Shown here: piece after piece, positions 49,115 to 59,085 of the stretch | Position numbering within the stretch: the first letter of the stretch is position 1 | Layout of the letters: every line of letters begins with the position of its first letter | DNA from: Candidatus Methanomethylophilaceae archaeon | GTDB taxonomy: Archaea > Thermoplasmatota > Thermoplasmata > Methanomassiliicoccales > Methanomethylophilaceae | Assembly (NCBI GenBank): GCA_963643445.1 | Contig: CAVIJO010000002.1 | Location: forward strand, 44,201-108,200 | DNA length: 64,000 bases | Direction of reading: 5' to 3' | Position numbers and translations under genes: made by a program | Notes under the pieces: generated by a model | What the model was told of the DNA's origin: nothing | What the model saw: the letters and a program-made list of their open reading frames with translations, nothing else | Database searches by the model: none

Positions 49115-52100
49115 CTGCGTGCGAACACCCCCCTCTTGGACCCGGTCCAGATTATCAGGAGCAGGACCAGGACGGTCAGTACGAAGAGGACCCAGAAGGT
49201 CGTTCCGATCTTCTTGCCCTCGTCGGATGCGCCTCCGTCGGAGACGGAACCGCTGTCGAGGGACAGGTCGGCCTTCTGTGCCTTCAGATCCGCTGCGGAC
49301 ACCGTGCTGCCCGAAACCGTCAGCTCGGAGCAGTCGGTCGACAGGGCGACAGTGTTGCCGTCCAGATCCTCGACGGAAATGCCGAACTTCACATCGGGTA
49401 CGGAGTTGCTCTGTCCGTCGGTGTTGATCACGGCGACATACACCGTCGTGGTCGAGTAACCCTTCAGGAGGAAGGGTCCGTTCGACAGGCCGCTGAATAC
49501 CATGTATCCCTCGCTGTCCATCCAGCAGACCGTCCAATCGGCAGCGGAACCGACGAATTCCGCAGTGACGGTCGCCATCTCCGCCCAGAGGTTGGAGTTA
49601 GCGAATGTCACTGCATACTTGTAGACGGAACCGGCCGCTATGTCGGCGCTTGCGCCGTCGGCAGAGGTGACATTCACCTTGGTTCCCGAATCGTCTCCGG
49701 ACCTTTCGTAGCAGTCGGCGGGGACGATGATGTCCGCCACTTCATTTCCGGCCGTGTCGGTGATGCAGACGTACATGTCTTCGCTGCCCGCACCGACGGT
49801 GGCCGCATCGAAGTGTCCCTTGACGGTGACGGTTCCGGTGTATCCCGGAACGATCGACAGCGCATAGGTCTCATCGAGGACGAACGCAGAGCTTCCCTTG
49901 ATCAGGTAGGTCAGGTAGAAGTCGGAATTGTTGGTGATGGTGAACGTCATCTCTCCGCTGCCGTCGGACTTGAACGACCCGTCGATATCGTCGTAATCGA
50001 CAGACACGTCGTCTCCCCAGTCGTACACGGCATCGGTGGTGACGACGGAGAAGTTGCAGGTGACATCCTTGTCCGCGACCTCCACCGTCTTGTCGGCGTC
50101 GGTGTCGAACGTGTATATCTTGCCGTCGTTCTCATACTCGAGTCCTCCGACCCTCATTGTGACGGTTCCGACATTCTCGGGCACCTCGAACTCGTACTCC
50201 CCGTCACTCACATCCACGTAGAATGTGTAGGAATTGGAGTTGAAGGTGTACTCGGTCTCCATCGTTCCGCTGATCTTCGCACCGACGGAACCGGAGACCT
50301 TCACGGTATCGTAAAGGGTCGTCAGGTCGACGGATATGCTGGTAGGAGTATCGGCGAAGACTATAGGAGATACCGCAACGAGTCCGTCGGAATTCTTTAC
50401 ATCGAAGGTGTAATCGAAGTTCTGCTGGAGGTAATACTTCACGGTGGCGACGTTGGTGGTTTCGTCGACGGTCTTCTCTCCCTTCTCGTACTCGCCTGTG
50501 TCTCCGTTGGAATCCTTGAGGGCAGAGATATTCAGGGTGTCCCCGTCGTTGTACCTGACCTCGGCGGTGAGACACTCGAATCCGGACAGGTCGTCGAGGA
50601 CGATCTTGTCATGCCCGAGGTAGAGAGTGAAGCTCTCGGCGGAATGGTATCCTTCACCGAGGAGGGCCTCGGTGTCCACATACCACTTCCCGGCATACAT
50701 GTCCATAGAGGCCGCATCGGCCCAGTCTGTATACTCGTCGGATTCCTTGTACTTCACCTTGAGGGGGTATCCGGTACCGTTCTTCACCGAAATCTTCGCG
50801 ACCTGCAGTTTATCCGACTCGGCGTCGCTCAGTCTGAACGTCCAGGTGTTGGAGGTGTTGGAGGTCACGTCGTCTTTGCTGTAGGTCTGATCCTCGGTAG
50901 CCTTCAGGATGCCTCCGTCCGAGGTGGAATCGAACGCCTTGAGGGTGATGGTTATGCCGGAGTTCTCGGGAACCCAGAATACTGCGCGTCCGGAGGTGTT
51001 GGTCAGCATGGGGACGGTGTAGACCGCATCTCCCACGGTGATCTTCCCTTCGACTCCGAAGTATGCGAGGTACTTCGAGGATCCGCCGCTGGCGGTGTAG
51101 GTGTTGACATACTGTCCCACGGAGTATGCCGTACCCATACTGATGTCCGCATTGTCGCTGTCGGCGGAGACGGTGAGGTTCGCCAGAGAGACAAGGGAAC
51201 TGCCGTTGTAAGCATACTGCACAAAGGTTCCGGCGGGCAGATAGGCGGTGTACTTGCCGTCGCTGTCGGTCGTGTAGACGAACACGTTGGAGCCGTCGGT
51301 GAAGTTGACGGTCGCACCGGAGACGGTGTCTCCGTCGGCGTTCTTCACGATTCCGGAAACAGTGTAGAAGTCGGTTCCGACGAGGGTGATGCCGCTCTCG
51401 TAGGTTCCGCTGCCGTAGTAGATCTTGCCGTTCTCGATGACGCAGGCGGTGTAGGTGTTGATCGCCCCTCCGGGTGCTGGCACATATGCTTTGTCAGCGG
51501 ATGCCGCGACACCGGTGTATCCGATGGCGGAGACCGTGGGCACAGACCCGGCGGTGTTGCTGATAGCTATCTCCTTCGCGTCGAAGAGGGTCAGGCTGAT
51601 GGTCTTGGAACCGCCGGATGTCACGGAGACAGTGGAGGTGGAGCTGAATGCATAGTTCTCGACCGTCTTCACCGCGTAGGTTCCGACGGGGACGGAGATC
51701 TTTGCGGATCCCGCTTCGGCGGCACCCGCGAACTCCATTCCGGTGGAGACGTCGTACACCGTAACGGATCCGGTGTAGCTTCCTCCGTAGGGTTCGGTGA
51801 TACTCACGGTGACCGTTCCGGAAGGCACGGAGACACGTGCGTTGACCATGCTGTTGACAAAGGTCACATCTGCGGTGGTGACGGAGGTTCCGTCCGCGGA
51901 GATGAGGTCGGCGGAATACACATCGGGGACCATGTCGGAGACGGTGAACCTTCCGTCGATGACATCGACCTGGTATGTCCTGCTGCATGATTTCCCGGTG
52001 AATTTGATGTAACCGTCGTACTCGTAGAGGGAACCGTCGCTCTCGATGACGGTGGAACCCTCGATGTCCACGGGGTCGACATCCAGGGAGTAGTACCCAG

Positions 52101-54924
52101 GTGCCGGGACATCTGCCCTGTAGACCGTCTTCACGGAGGTGCCGTCGAACGCATTCGACGCACCCACGCTGTACTGGATGTAATATTCGCCGGAAACGGG
52201 GACGGAGACGGTGTACATTCCGTTGGTGTCGGTGAATGCGGTGGAGCGCTGCACGTATCTGCCGAGTTTCTCGTTGTATTCGAACACGGCAACCTTGACA
52301 CCGCCGACGTTGTCGCTGTCCGCGGTGATCAGCCCGCTGACTTCGCTGCGGGCGCTGTTTCCGCCGTTGTACTCGAGGAGCACCACGGAGGACAGGTAGT
52401 TGATGAGTCCTCCTTCGGACTTCTGCTTGGCGACGGCCTCGTAGCCGTCCATCTCGGTCCATCCGTCGGAATCGGCGGTCGCATCGGAGTCCGCATTGTA
52501 CTTGACGTGCCAGTAGACTACGTCGAAGCTGCCGAGGGCGGTCGCGGGAGCGACCGATACGGACCTGTCCGCAAGGGCGAGCTTCTCGAGGAGATCGGCG
52601 GTGCTGTCGTAGCCGCTTCCGTCGATGCCGAAGAGGGCCTTCCAGAGGAACGTCTGGTACATTGCGTCCTTGTAGTTCGCGTATCCGGTGGTGTAACCGA
52701 AGGAGTAGAACTCCTTGACGGCGCCGTAGTAATCGGTGGTGTAGTTCCCGAGGTATGCCATGGTGGCGAAGGAGGAACTGTCGCCGTAGTAAATCGGAAG
52801 CATGCTTCCGTCGACCTGGACGTATTTGATGCCGTTGTAGTGTCCGGCGGTCCTGCATACGGAGGCGTAGAGCTTCTGGATCTCGTCCTCCCCGATCGTG
52901 TCGGCGATGTAGTCGGTTACGGCCAAGTACACCGCGTTCTCGCAGGTCGCGTCTGCGACATCGATGCCGGAGAACCTTGCGGACTCGGTCTCGATGTACT
53001 TCTCCGCACCGTCGGCAGTAAAAAGATGCTTCACATTGTCGAAGAAGGCCGTGCTCGAGGGCCCGGCGGGATCCACGGCGGAGAAATCGGCCTCGAAATC
53101 GTCGATATCCGCAGAGGACATCACACGGACGATGAATGAGGCCACTGCCTTGGCGCTGCTGTCCGCCAGACAGACGGACGTCATGGCGGACGAACCGCCG
53201 CCGACGACATCGGTGACAGTCTTGAAACCGCCCTCGGTGACGGCGTCGTTGGAGTTGGAAATCCATGTGACGAGGGCACCGCTCTTGTCCTTTCCGGAGT
53301 AATCCGTCCAAAGGGTGTCGATCATGGAATCGTCGGTGGTGCTGATGGTATATCCCAGACCTCCGAAGTAATCGGTCTTCTCGTCGTTGGTGGGGGTGGC
53401 GGCGTCGACGGCGTACACCGCATTGGGGACGGCCACGAGGAACACCGCCACGAGAAGGGTCGTGAGCGGGAAGAAGTTGAGTGCCTTCCTGGCACCTGCC
53501 CTGAACCCGTTGCCCCTGAGGGATGCGAGATATCCCTTCAGATCGACGGACCTGATCACCGTCACGGTGAGTGCGGCGCATCCGATGGCGAAGGCCGCAC
53601 CTGCGGCGACCGCATAGTCGGCACTGAACCATGCCGCGAAGAACATGAGAAGGATGAAGAGCACAGTGAATCCGTAGAGCCTGGAGTTGGCGTGCTTCCT
53701 GTATTTGTAGAGCATCCATCCGCCGAGGATCAGCGGGAGCCACAGGGTGAGCCATCCGTAGTAGGCGGCCATGCCGGAGATGCTGGTTGCGGAACTGCTG
53801 TCCACAAGAGACCTCATGAGGCTTCCGCTGTACACGCTGTTGCCGCTGTTCATCGCCTCGGAGATCTCAGGGAGACCGAAGGCGAAGACGACGGCGATCA
53901 CGGCGATGGCGACGATGAAGACGGGGATCGTGACGACCCAGGGCTTCTTCTCCGCGGCCGCGAAGGCGAGGCTGAGGACAATGGTCAGCAGACCTAGGAC
54001 GAATCCGCCGGAGAAGACGGTGTCCCACAGCCCGGCGGGGATGTAGTAGCACGCTCCGAGGACGAGTCCGACGGCGAGGACGGTGTCCGTGATGAGGACG
54101 GAGGACCAGAGGTCCTTTCCGCCGATGCGCAGGAAGACCGATGCAACCGCAATGCCGAAAGCAGCGGCAACGACGAACATCCTGAAGTCGGTCCAGGAGA
54201 GGACGACCGCCGCAAAGAAGACGGCTGCGAGGACAGTGTTCCTGAGGACGGACCTGTTGGCGAATACCCCTTTGGATCCGACGACGCCGTCCCTGTCGAC
54301 CGCTTCGAAGGCGGATGCCAGGAAGTAGACCATCCAGGCGGCCACGAAGCAGACGAAGGCGAAACCGGTCCCGTTGGAGAAGGGTGCCGTCATAATGAGC
54401 AGCGCGAAGAAGGCGTAGAACAGGGCGGCGGCGATGCCGATGACCTCGTCTCCCTTGAACATCTTCTTGGCGGCCATGTAGACGGGGATGCAGGTGAGCG
54501 CGCCCAGTACGGGTGCGGACCATGCAAGCACGCCTGCGGCAGCGGTGGCGTCGGAGACGCCGAAGAAGGTCGCAACGAGTGCGAAGGCTGCAATAATATA
54601 GTCGAAGAGCGGGCCGAAGGTGTTGACCGAGCCGAAGGGATAGTTCAGTGCGGCATCCCTGGCGGGACTGTAGGTGCCCGCGAGGATCTCCTCCACGATG
54701 CGGAGGTTGTTGGTGGCGCTTGAACCGCCGGACAGTGCGTAATTGTCCCCGGCGGAGATCCCGTACGCGAACACGAACCTCATGAGGAAGGCTGCAATGA
54801 TGATCACGAACAGGGAAAGCAGGCGCCAATGCTCTCTGAACCATGCACCGCTGCTTCCGCCCTCGGCGGAAGAGCTGGTTTTCCCATCATCCGGGACGGC
54901 TTTTCCGATAGCAAATTTGCGCAT
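49111..54924 (-). CDS. Giant AglB/STT3-like membrane protein with tandem extracellular beta-sandwich domains and C-terminal TM anchor; catalytic motifs degenerate
   Basis: LMRFV..., LNYPFG....GPLFD, APVLGALTCIPVY STT3-type multi-TM N-terminus; carboxypeptidase-regulatory-like repeats (VSG.V...G..V.GA.V...TTDSDGKY). Confidence 0.8.
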   Translation of the reverse strand: MRKFAIGKAVPDDGKTSSSAEGGSSGAWFREHWRLLSLFVIIIAAFLMRFVFAYGISAGDNYALSGGSSATNNLRIVEEILAGTYSPARDAALNYPFGSVNTFGPLFDYIIAAFALVATFFGVSDATAAAGVLAWSAPVLGALTCIPVYMAAKKMFKGDEVIGIAAALFYAFFALLIMTAPFSNGTGFAFVCFVAAWMVYFLASAFEAVDRDGVVGSKGVFANRSVLRNTVLAAVFFAAVVLSWTDFRMFVVAAAFGIAVASVFLRIGGKDLWSSVLITDTVLAVGLVLGACYYIPAGLWDTVFSGGFVLGLLTIVLSLAFAAAEKKPWVVTIPVFIVAIAVIAVVFAFGLPEISEAMNSGNSVYSGSLMRSLVDSSSATSISGMAAYYGWLTLWLPLILGGWMLYKYRKHANSRLYGFTVLFILLMFFAAWFSADYAVAAGAAFAIGCAALTVTVIRSVDLKGYLASLRGNGFRAGARKALNFFPLTTLLVAVFLVAVPNAVYAVDAATPTNDEKTDYFGGLGYTISTTDDSMIDTLWTDYSGKDKSGALVTWISNSNDAVTEGGFKTVTDVVGGGSSAMTSVCLADSSAKAVASFIVRVMSSADIDDFEADFSAVDPAGPSSTAFFDNVKHLFTADGAEKYIETESARFSGIDVADATCENAVYLAVTDYIADTIGEDEIQKLYASVCRTAGHYNGIKYVQVDGSMLPIYYGDSSSFATMAYLGNYTTDYYGAVKEFYSFGYTTGYANYKDAMYQTFLWKALFGIDGSGYDSTADLLEKLALADRSVSVAPATALGSFDVVYWHVKYNADSDATADSDGWTEMDGYEAVAKQKSEGGLINYLSSVVLLEYNGGNSARSEVSGLITADSDNVGGVKVAVFEYNEKLGRYVQRSTAFTDTNGMYTVSVPVSGEYYIQYSVGASNAFDGTSVKTVYRADVPAPGYYSLDVDPVDIEGSTVIESDGSLYEYDGYIKFTGKSCSRTYQVDVIDGRFTVSDMVPDVYSADLISADGTSVTTADVTFVNSMVNARVSVPSGTVTVSITEPYGGSYTGSVTVYDVSTGMEFAGAAEAGSAKISVPVGTYAVKTVENYAFSSTSTVSVTSGGSKTISLTLFDAKEIAISNTAGSVPTVSAIGYTGVAASADKAYVPAPGGAINTYTACVIENGKIYYGSGTYESGITLVGTDFYTVSGIVKNADGDTVSGATVNFTDGSNVFVYTTDSDGKYTAYLPAGTFVQYAYNGSSLVSLANLTVSADSDNADISMGTAYSVGQYVNTYTASGGSSKYLAYFGVEGKITVGDAVYTVPMLTNTSGRAVFWVPENSGITITLKAFDSTSDGGILKATEDQTYSKDDVTSNTSNTWTFRLSDAESDKLQVAKISVKNGTGYPLKVKYKESDEYTDWADAASMDMYAGKWYVDTEALLGEGYHSAESFTLYLGHDKIVLDDLSGFECLTAEVRYNDGDTLNISALKDSNGDTGEYEKGEKTVDETTNVATVKYYLQQNFDYTFDVKNSDGLVAVSPIVFADTPTSISVDLTTLYDTVKVSGSVGAKISGTMETEYTFNSNSYTFYVDVSDGEYEFEVPENVGTVTMRVGGLEYENDGKIYTFDTDADKTVEVADKDVTCNFSVVTTDAVYDWGDDVSVDYDDIDGSFKSDGSGEMTFTITNNSDFYLTYLIKGSSAFVLDETYALSIVPGYTGTVTVKGHFDAATVGAGSEDMYVCITDTAGNEVADIIVPADCYERSGDDSGTKVNVTSADGASADIAAGSVYKYAVTFANSNLWAEMATVTAEFVGSAADWTVCWMDSEGYMVFSGLSNGPFLLKGYSTTTVYVAVINTDGQSNSVPDVKFGISVEDLDGNTVALSTDCSELTVSGSTVSAADLKAQKADLSLDSGSVSDGGASDEGKKIGTTFWVLFVLTVLVLLLIIWTGSKRGVFARR

Positions 54925-55055
54925 TCTCGATTCTCCGTAACGATATCGAATGCGCGAACATGCCCGACTTGTTATTTATAGGTTTACGGGTGCGCGTTTT
55001 TAATATAATAATATAAAAGAGAGGTTGGATGGATTAATCCGACAGCTTCCGTAGA

Positions 55056-55703
55056 TTACAGTACCGTGCGGATCTCGTCAGCCACGGCGCCGGCGGCCGC
55101 CGCGGGGTCATCGGCCCTGTAAATGGCCCTTCCGACGATGACGTAGTCGGCGCCCGCGCTTATGGCGGCGGAGGCGGAACCTCCCTGGGCACCCACTCCG
55201 GGGGAGAGAATCTCCCTGTCTCCTATGACTTTCCTGATTGCGGCTATCCTCTCAGGACGCGTCGCAGGGGCGATGAAACCCTTCACCCCGCACCTTACGC
55301 CCACAAGTGCCAGATCCTCCGCGTTGGGTGCGGTGAACTCCTGTCCTCCGGGGTGGCTCATCTCCGTGACGGCGTAGATGCTCCCTCTTCCTGCGGCGGT
55401 GTCGACGGCCTCCTTCATGGAATCGCTGCCGGTGAATGCGTGGACGATGACCGCGGAGGCACCCCTCCCGAGGGCCCCGTCCACGATGAGATGTACGGTG
55501 TTGGGTATGTCGGCCACCTTAAAATCGCAGATGACGTCCGAACGCTTCGAAAGTTCGGTGATCATCCCGGGGCCGGCAGAGAGTACCAGAGGCCAGTTGA
55601 TCTTGATCGCATCCACTGTGCCAGACACGGAATCCGCTACCGCAAGTGCCTTCTCCCTGTCGGTCTCGTCGAGTGCGAGTATCAGACGGCTGCTCTTTCT
55701 CAT
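55056..55703 (-). CDS. pyrF: Orotidine-5'-phosphate decarboxylase
   Basis: LILALD, DFKVADIPNT, EMSHPG, SPGVGAQGG, IVGRAIY. Confidence 0.97.
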   Translation of the reverse strand: MRKSSRLILALDETDREKALAVADSVSGTVDAIKINWPLVLSAGPGMITELSKRSDVICDFKVADIPNTVHLIVDGALGRGASAVIVHAFTGSDSMKEAVDTAAGRGSIYAVTEMSHPGGQEFTAPNAEDLALVGVRCGVKGFIAPATRPERIAAIRKVIGDREILSPGVGAQGGSASAAISAGADYVIVGRAIYRADDPAAAAGAVADEIRTVL

Positions 55704-55755
55704 CGGTGTTGCCATCGTCCGAACATTTTTAAAACCTTGCCATAGATTGTGCGTC

Positions 55756-56817
55756 ATGTCCTTCGTAAGGTTCGATTCCGGGTCCGCCGCGAACGGCGCG
55801 CTTGCCAAAGGCTGCGATTTCTGCATCGAGGGGGCCAAAATGGTCCTTTTCATCACCGGACGCTGCAAAGCAGGCTGTTTCTACTGCCCGATCTCGGCCG
55901 AGAGGAAGGGACGGGACACCGTCTACGCCAACGAATGCCCGGCCGCCAACGACGACCAGGTGATCGAGGAGGCGGAAGCCATGAACGCCCTGGGAACCGG
56001 CATCACCGGCGGGGACCCTTCGGAAAAAATGGACAGGACCGTCCACTTCATACATCTCCTGAAGAGCCGTTTCGGAAAGGACCACCACATCCACATGTAC
56101 ACGTCGGTCATCAGTCTTGAGAATGCGAAGATTCTCGAGGAGGCGGGGCTCGACGAGATCCGCTACCACCCCCGCGAAGATCAGTGGACGGAGATGGAAA
56201 AAACCGAACTGGAACTTGTGATCCGTTCGGTCGGAATGGATGTCGGAATAGAGGTCCCTGCACTCCCCGGGAAGGAGAAGGAACTGACGGCACTCATCAG
56301 GTATGCCGTCGGGGCCGGAGCGAAATTCGTCAACCTCAACGAACTCGAGTTCTCCGAGACCAACTGGGACATGATGGAGAAGTACGGTTACGAAGTGAAG
56401 GACGATCTCTCTGCGGCGGTCCTCGGATCGGAAGAGACCGCAGTCAATGTCATGAATGCGCTGCCCGATGCGCCTATACACTTCTGTTCATCCGCTTTCA
56501 AGGACGGGGTGCAGCTCAGGAACAGGCTGAAGAGGAGGGCGGAGAACACCGCCCGCGAATACGATGTGGTCACCGAAGACGGAACCGTCCTGAAGGGCAT
56601 CGTCTACGCGGACGACCTCGATGCGGCGGTCTCGCTGCTGAAGGGAGATTACGATGTGCCAGACGAACTTATTTCTGTCGACTGCGACAGGAACAGGATC
56701 GAAACGGCGTCGTGGGTCCTCGACGAGATCGCGGAGGAGCTCCCATATAAATGCTACATCGTGGAGGAATACCCCACGAAAGACCGTCTCGAGGTCGAAA
56801 GGACTCCGCTGAACTGA
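55756..56817 (+). CDS. Archaeal radical SAM protein
   Basis: GCDFC..GAKMVLFITG.CKAGCFYC (CxxxCxxC), GITGGDP, LNELEFSETN. Confidence 0.9.
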   Translation: MSFVRFDSGSAANGALAKGCDFCIEGAKMVLFITGRCKAGCFYCPISAERKGRDTVYANECPAANDDQVIEEAEAMNALGTGITGGDPSEKMDRTVHFIHLLKSRFGKDHHIHMYTSVISLENAKILEEAGLDEIRYHPREDQWTEMEKTELELVIRSVGMDVGIEVPALPGKEKELTALIRYAVGAGAKFVNLNELEFSETNWDMMEKYGYEVKDDLSAAVLGSEETAVNVMNALPDAPIHFCSSAFKDGVQLRNRLKRRAENTAREYDVVTEDGTVLKGIVYADDLDAAVSLLKGDYDVPDELISVDCDRNRIETASWVLDEIAEELPYKCYIVEEYPTKDRLEVERTPLN

Positions 56818-56834
56818 AAAACCAAACAGAAGGA

Positions 56835-56852
56835 CCCTCCCCTGAGGGAGGG
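56835..56852. terminator. Hairpin between convergent radical SAM and nusA genes
   Basis: CCCTCCC-CTGA-GGGAGGG. Confidence 0.5.
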
Positions 56853-56907
56853 CCGGTAAAAGGTTTGTGATGTTCCATACACCTGATACGTTTACCGGGG
56901 GCACCGG

Positions 56908-57336
56908 TCAGTCCACGCTGAGGCTCTGGATATCGTGATGTCTGTTCACGATGTCTCTGGCTATGCGCAGATTCTTCCCGGCTTTGCCGATCGCACGGCC
57001 CTTGAGCTTCGGGTCGACGGTGACCGTGGCGTGCGTTATGTTTCCACGCTGCTCGATAACGACCTTCTGAGGTTCATAGATGTGGAACACGTTCATGACA
57101 AACTGCTGGGGATCTTCGGAGTACTCGACCACCTGGATGTTCTTTCCCGTCATGTCCTTCAGTTTGATGACGTGCTCCCCCTTCTTTCCTACAGCTATGT
57201 TCCCCTGACCTTTCTCGACTACGAAGACGAGCTTGTCCTCGGTGTCCATGCAGTCGACCGCGTTGGTGTGGGTCAGCTGCTGGAACAGGGCGATATAGCG
57301 CAGAGTCTCCTCTGTCAGTACGATATCTGCCGCCAT
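56908..57336 (-). CDS. nusA: Archaeal NusA (KH domains)
   Basis: AVGKKGE, VVEYSED, AIGKAGKN; canonical position after rpl30e. Confidence 0.95.
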   Translation of the reverse strand: MAADIVLTEETLRYIALFQQLTHTNAVDCMDTEDKLVFVVEKGQGNIAVGKKGEHVIKLKDMTGKNIQVVEYSEDPQQFVMNVFHIYEPQKVVIEQRGNITHATVTVDPKLKGRAIGKAGKNLRIARDIVNRHHDIQSLSVD

Positions 57337-57341
57337 AGAGC

Positions 57342-57626
57342 TCACAACGTTAAGATGTTGGAGGTACCCTTGTCGATAACGGCCAGGGCAGACACGGAGA
57401 AGGGCTTTCCGCAGAGGGCTCCCAGCTCCATGTTGTTTCCGCCGTATATGTGTACCTTGACCTTGCTGTTTGAGACGAGGAACTCGCTGGGACAGTTGTC
57501 CGCGAGGACGATCATCTGTGCCTTTCCGGCCTTGACGGCCTTCTCGGTCTGGTCTACTCCGAACTCCACCTTTCCGGTGGCGATGGCTGCTTTCAGTGCT
57601 TTGCTGATATCTACTTCTTCGCTCAT
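57342..57626 (-). CDS. rpl30e: 50S ribosomal protein L30e
   Basis: TGKVEFG...LADNCP...ELGALCGKPFSVS. Confidence 0.97.
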   Translation of the reverse strand: MSEEVDISKALKAAIATGKVEFGVDQTEKAVKAGKAQMIVLADNCPSEFLVSNSKVKVHIYGGNNMELGALCGKPFSVSALAVIDKGTSNILTL

Positions 57627-59083
57627 TCATCTTCCCCCTTTTTCTTCTTGGGTGTATATATGAGATTGACTGCGCCGGTTCCAAGGGTCACCGGCTGACC
57701 CACAATGATGTTTTCCGTGACTCCCTCCAGATGATCGACCTCTCCGACCATCGCCGCATGCAGCAGGTGCGCGGCGGTGATCTCGAAGGCGGCCCTGGCG
57801 AGAACCGACGACTTCTTTCCGGATACTCCGTGCCTTCCGATGGCCCTCACGGTACCGTCGTTGGTCATGAGATCCGCAACGAGCATAACGTGTCTTACAT
57901 CGACATCCAGTCCGGCGTGCCTCATGGTGGTCATAGCCTCGTGGACTATCGAGTTCCTGGCGGCCTCGATACCGAGGACGTCGGCCACCTCCAGGACGGA
58001 GTTGGTCATGACGTTCGGCGCATCGACGTTCTCCACCTGCAGGACCTCCTTGAGGTTGCTTCCCTCGGTGACGATGGACCAGTGTCCGGTCGCCTTGTCC
58101 TTCTCGAGGATGGCTCTCTTGATGCCGTCGATACCTTTCAGTTTGGCATGTCTGATGGCGTCGTACATCTGCTGGAGTTTCTTGAAGGAAGCTTCCTCGG
58201 ATGCGATGACGATGTCGTACTCCTCTTTGGTGACCATGCCGCGGACGGCCTTGATCTTGTTGAGCCTCTCGGCGATGTCGTCGATGTTGAGACCGCGGTC
58301 CTCCATCTTCTTCGCGTCGGGTACGACGACGAGTCTCTGGTTGGTGATGTCGGTCTCGATCGAAGCGACGTCCAGGAGGGAGGTGATCTCGATGTTGGAT
58401 GCCACGTACCTCGCGAACTTCTCGTCCTCGGCGGCGAGGCCGATGAGCGGAATGTTCATGGACGGGGTGCTGGGCTCGCGCCTCGCATCCACGATCTCGA
58501 TGATCCTCGGCAGACCTTCCGTAACGTTGATGTTCGCGACTCCCGCGAAGTGGAAGGTACGCAGGTTCATCTGGGTGGCGGGCTCTCCCAGGGAGTGGGC
58601 GGCCATGACGCCGGCGGACTCGTTCTGGTCCATGAGATGGGATGTGTACATCCTGTTCGCCACGGAGATCAGCTTCTCGCAGATCTCGTCGGAGAGATCC
58701 GCATTCTCGATGGTGTGTGCAATGTCGCATACGATCTTCATAGGGAGGTTCACACCCAGTTTCTCCTCGATGGTGTAGAGTTTCTTCTCCATCTCGGTGT
58801 ACTCGTGGGGGCGGAAGACCTCCTCGGGAGGGTCCCTGGGGACCTCGGGAACAGGCTCCTCCTCTTTCTTCTTGGATTTGGAAGTGCTGCGGGAGGAGCT
58901 GCGTTTGCCGATCTTCGAGATGATGGACTCGGCCTCCGCCTGGTCCACTCCGAGGGCAGCGAGGCCCTCGGCCCCGGCATCGGAGATGTCCCCGAGGGTG
59001 TCGTACTTGGACATGATGAGTTTCGCAACCTCCTCGCTGACATCTCTCTTAAGCAATGCTTTGAGTGTATCTTTCTTGGCCAT
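57623..59083 (-). CDS. rpoA2: RNA polymerase subunit A'' (Rpo1C) with N-terminal extension
   Basis: GEPATQMNLRTFHFAG, GLPRIIE, SVLARAAFE, GVTENIIVGQ. Confidence 0.96.
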   Translation of the reverse strand: MAKKDTLKALLKRDVSEEVAKLIMSKYDTLGDISDAGAEGLAALGVDQAEAESIISKIGKRSSSRSTSKSKKKEEEPVPEVPRDPPEEVFRPHEYTEMEKKLYTIEEKLGVNLPMKIVCDIAHTIENADLSDEICEKLISVANRMYTSHLMDQNESAGVMAAHSLGEPATQMNLRTFHFAGVANINVTEGLPRIIEIVDARREPSTPSMNIPLIGLAAEDEKFARYVASNIEITSLLDVASIETDITNQRLVVVPDAKKMEDRGLNIDDIAERLNKIKAVRGMVTKEEYDIVIASEEASFKKLQQMYDAIRHAKLKGIDGIKRAILEKDKATGHWSIVTEGSNLKEVLQVENVDAPNVMTNSVLEVADVLGIEAARNSIVHEAMTTMRHAGLDVDVRHVMLVADLMTNDGTVRAIGRHGVSGKKSSVLARAAFEITAAHLLHAAMVGEVDHLEGVTENIIVGQPVTLGTGAVNLIYTPKKKKGEDE

Positions 59084-59085
59084 CG

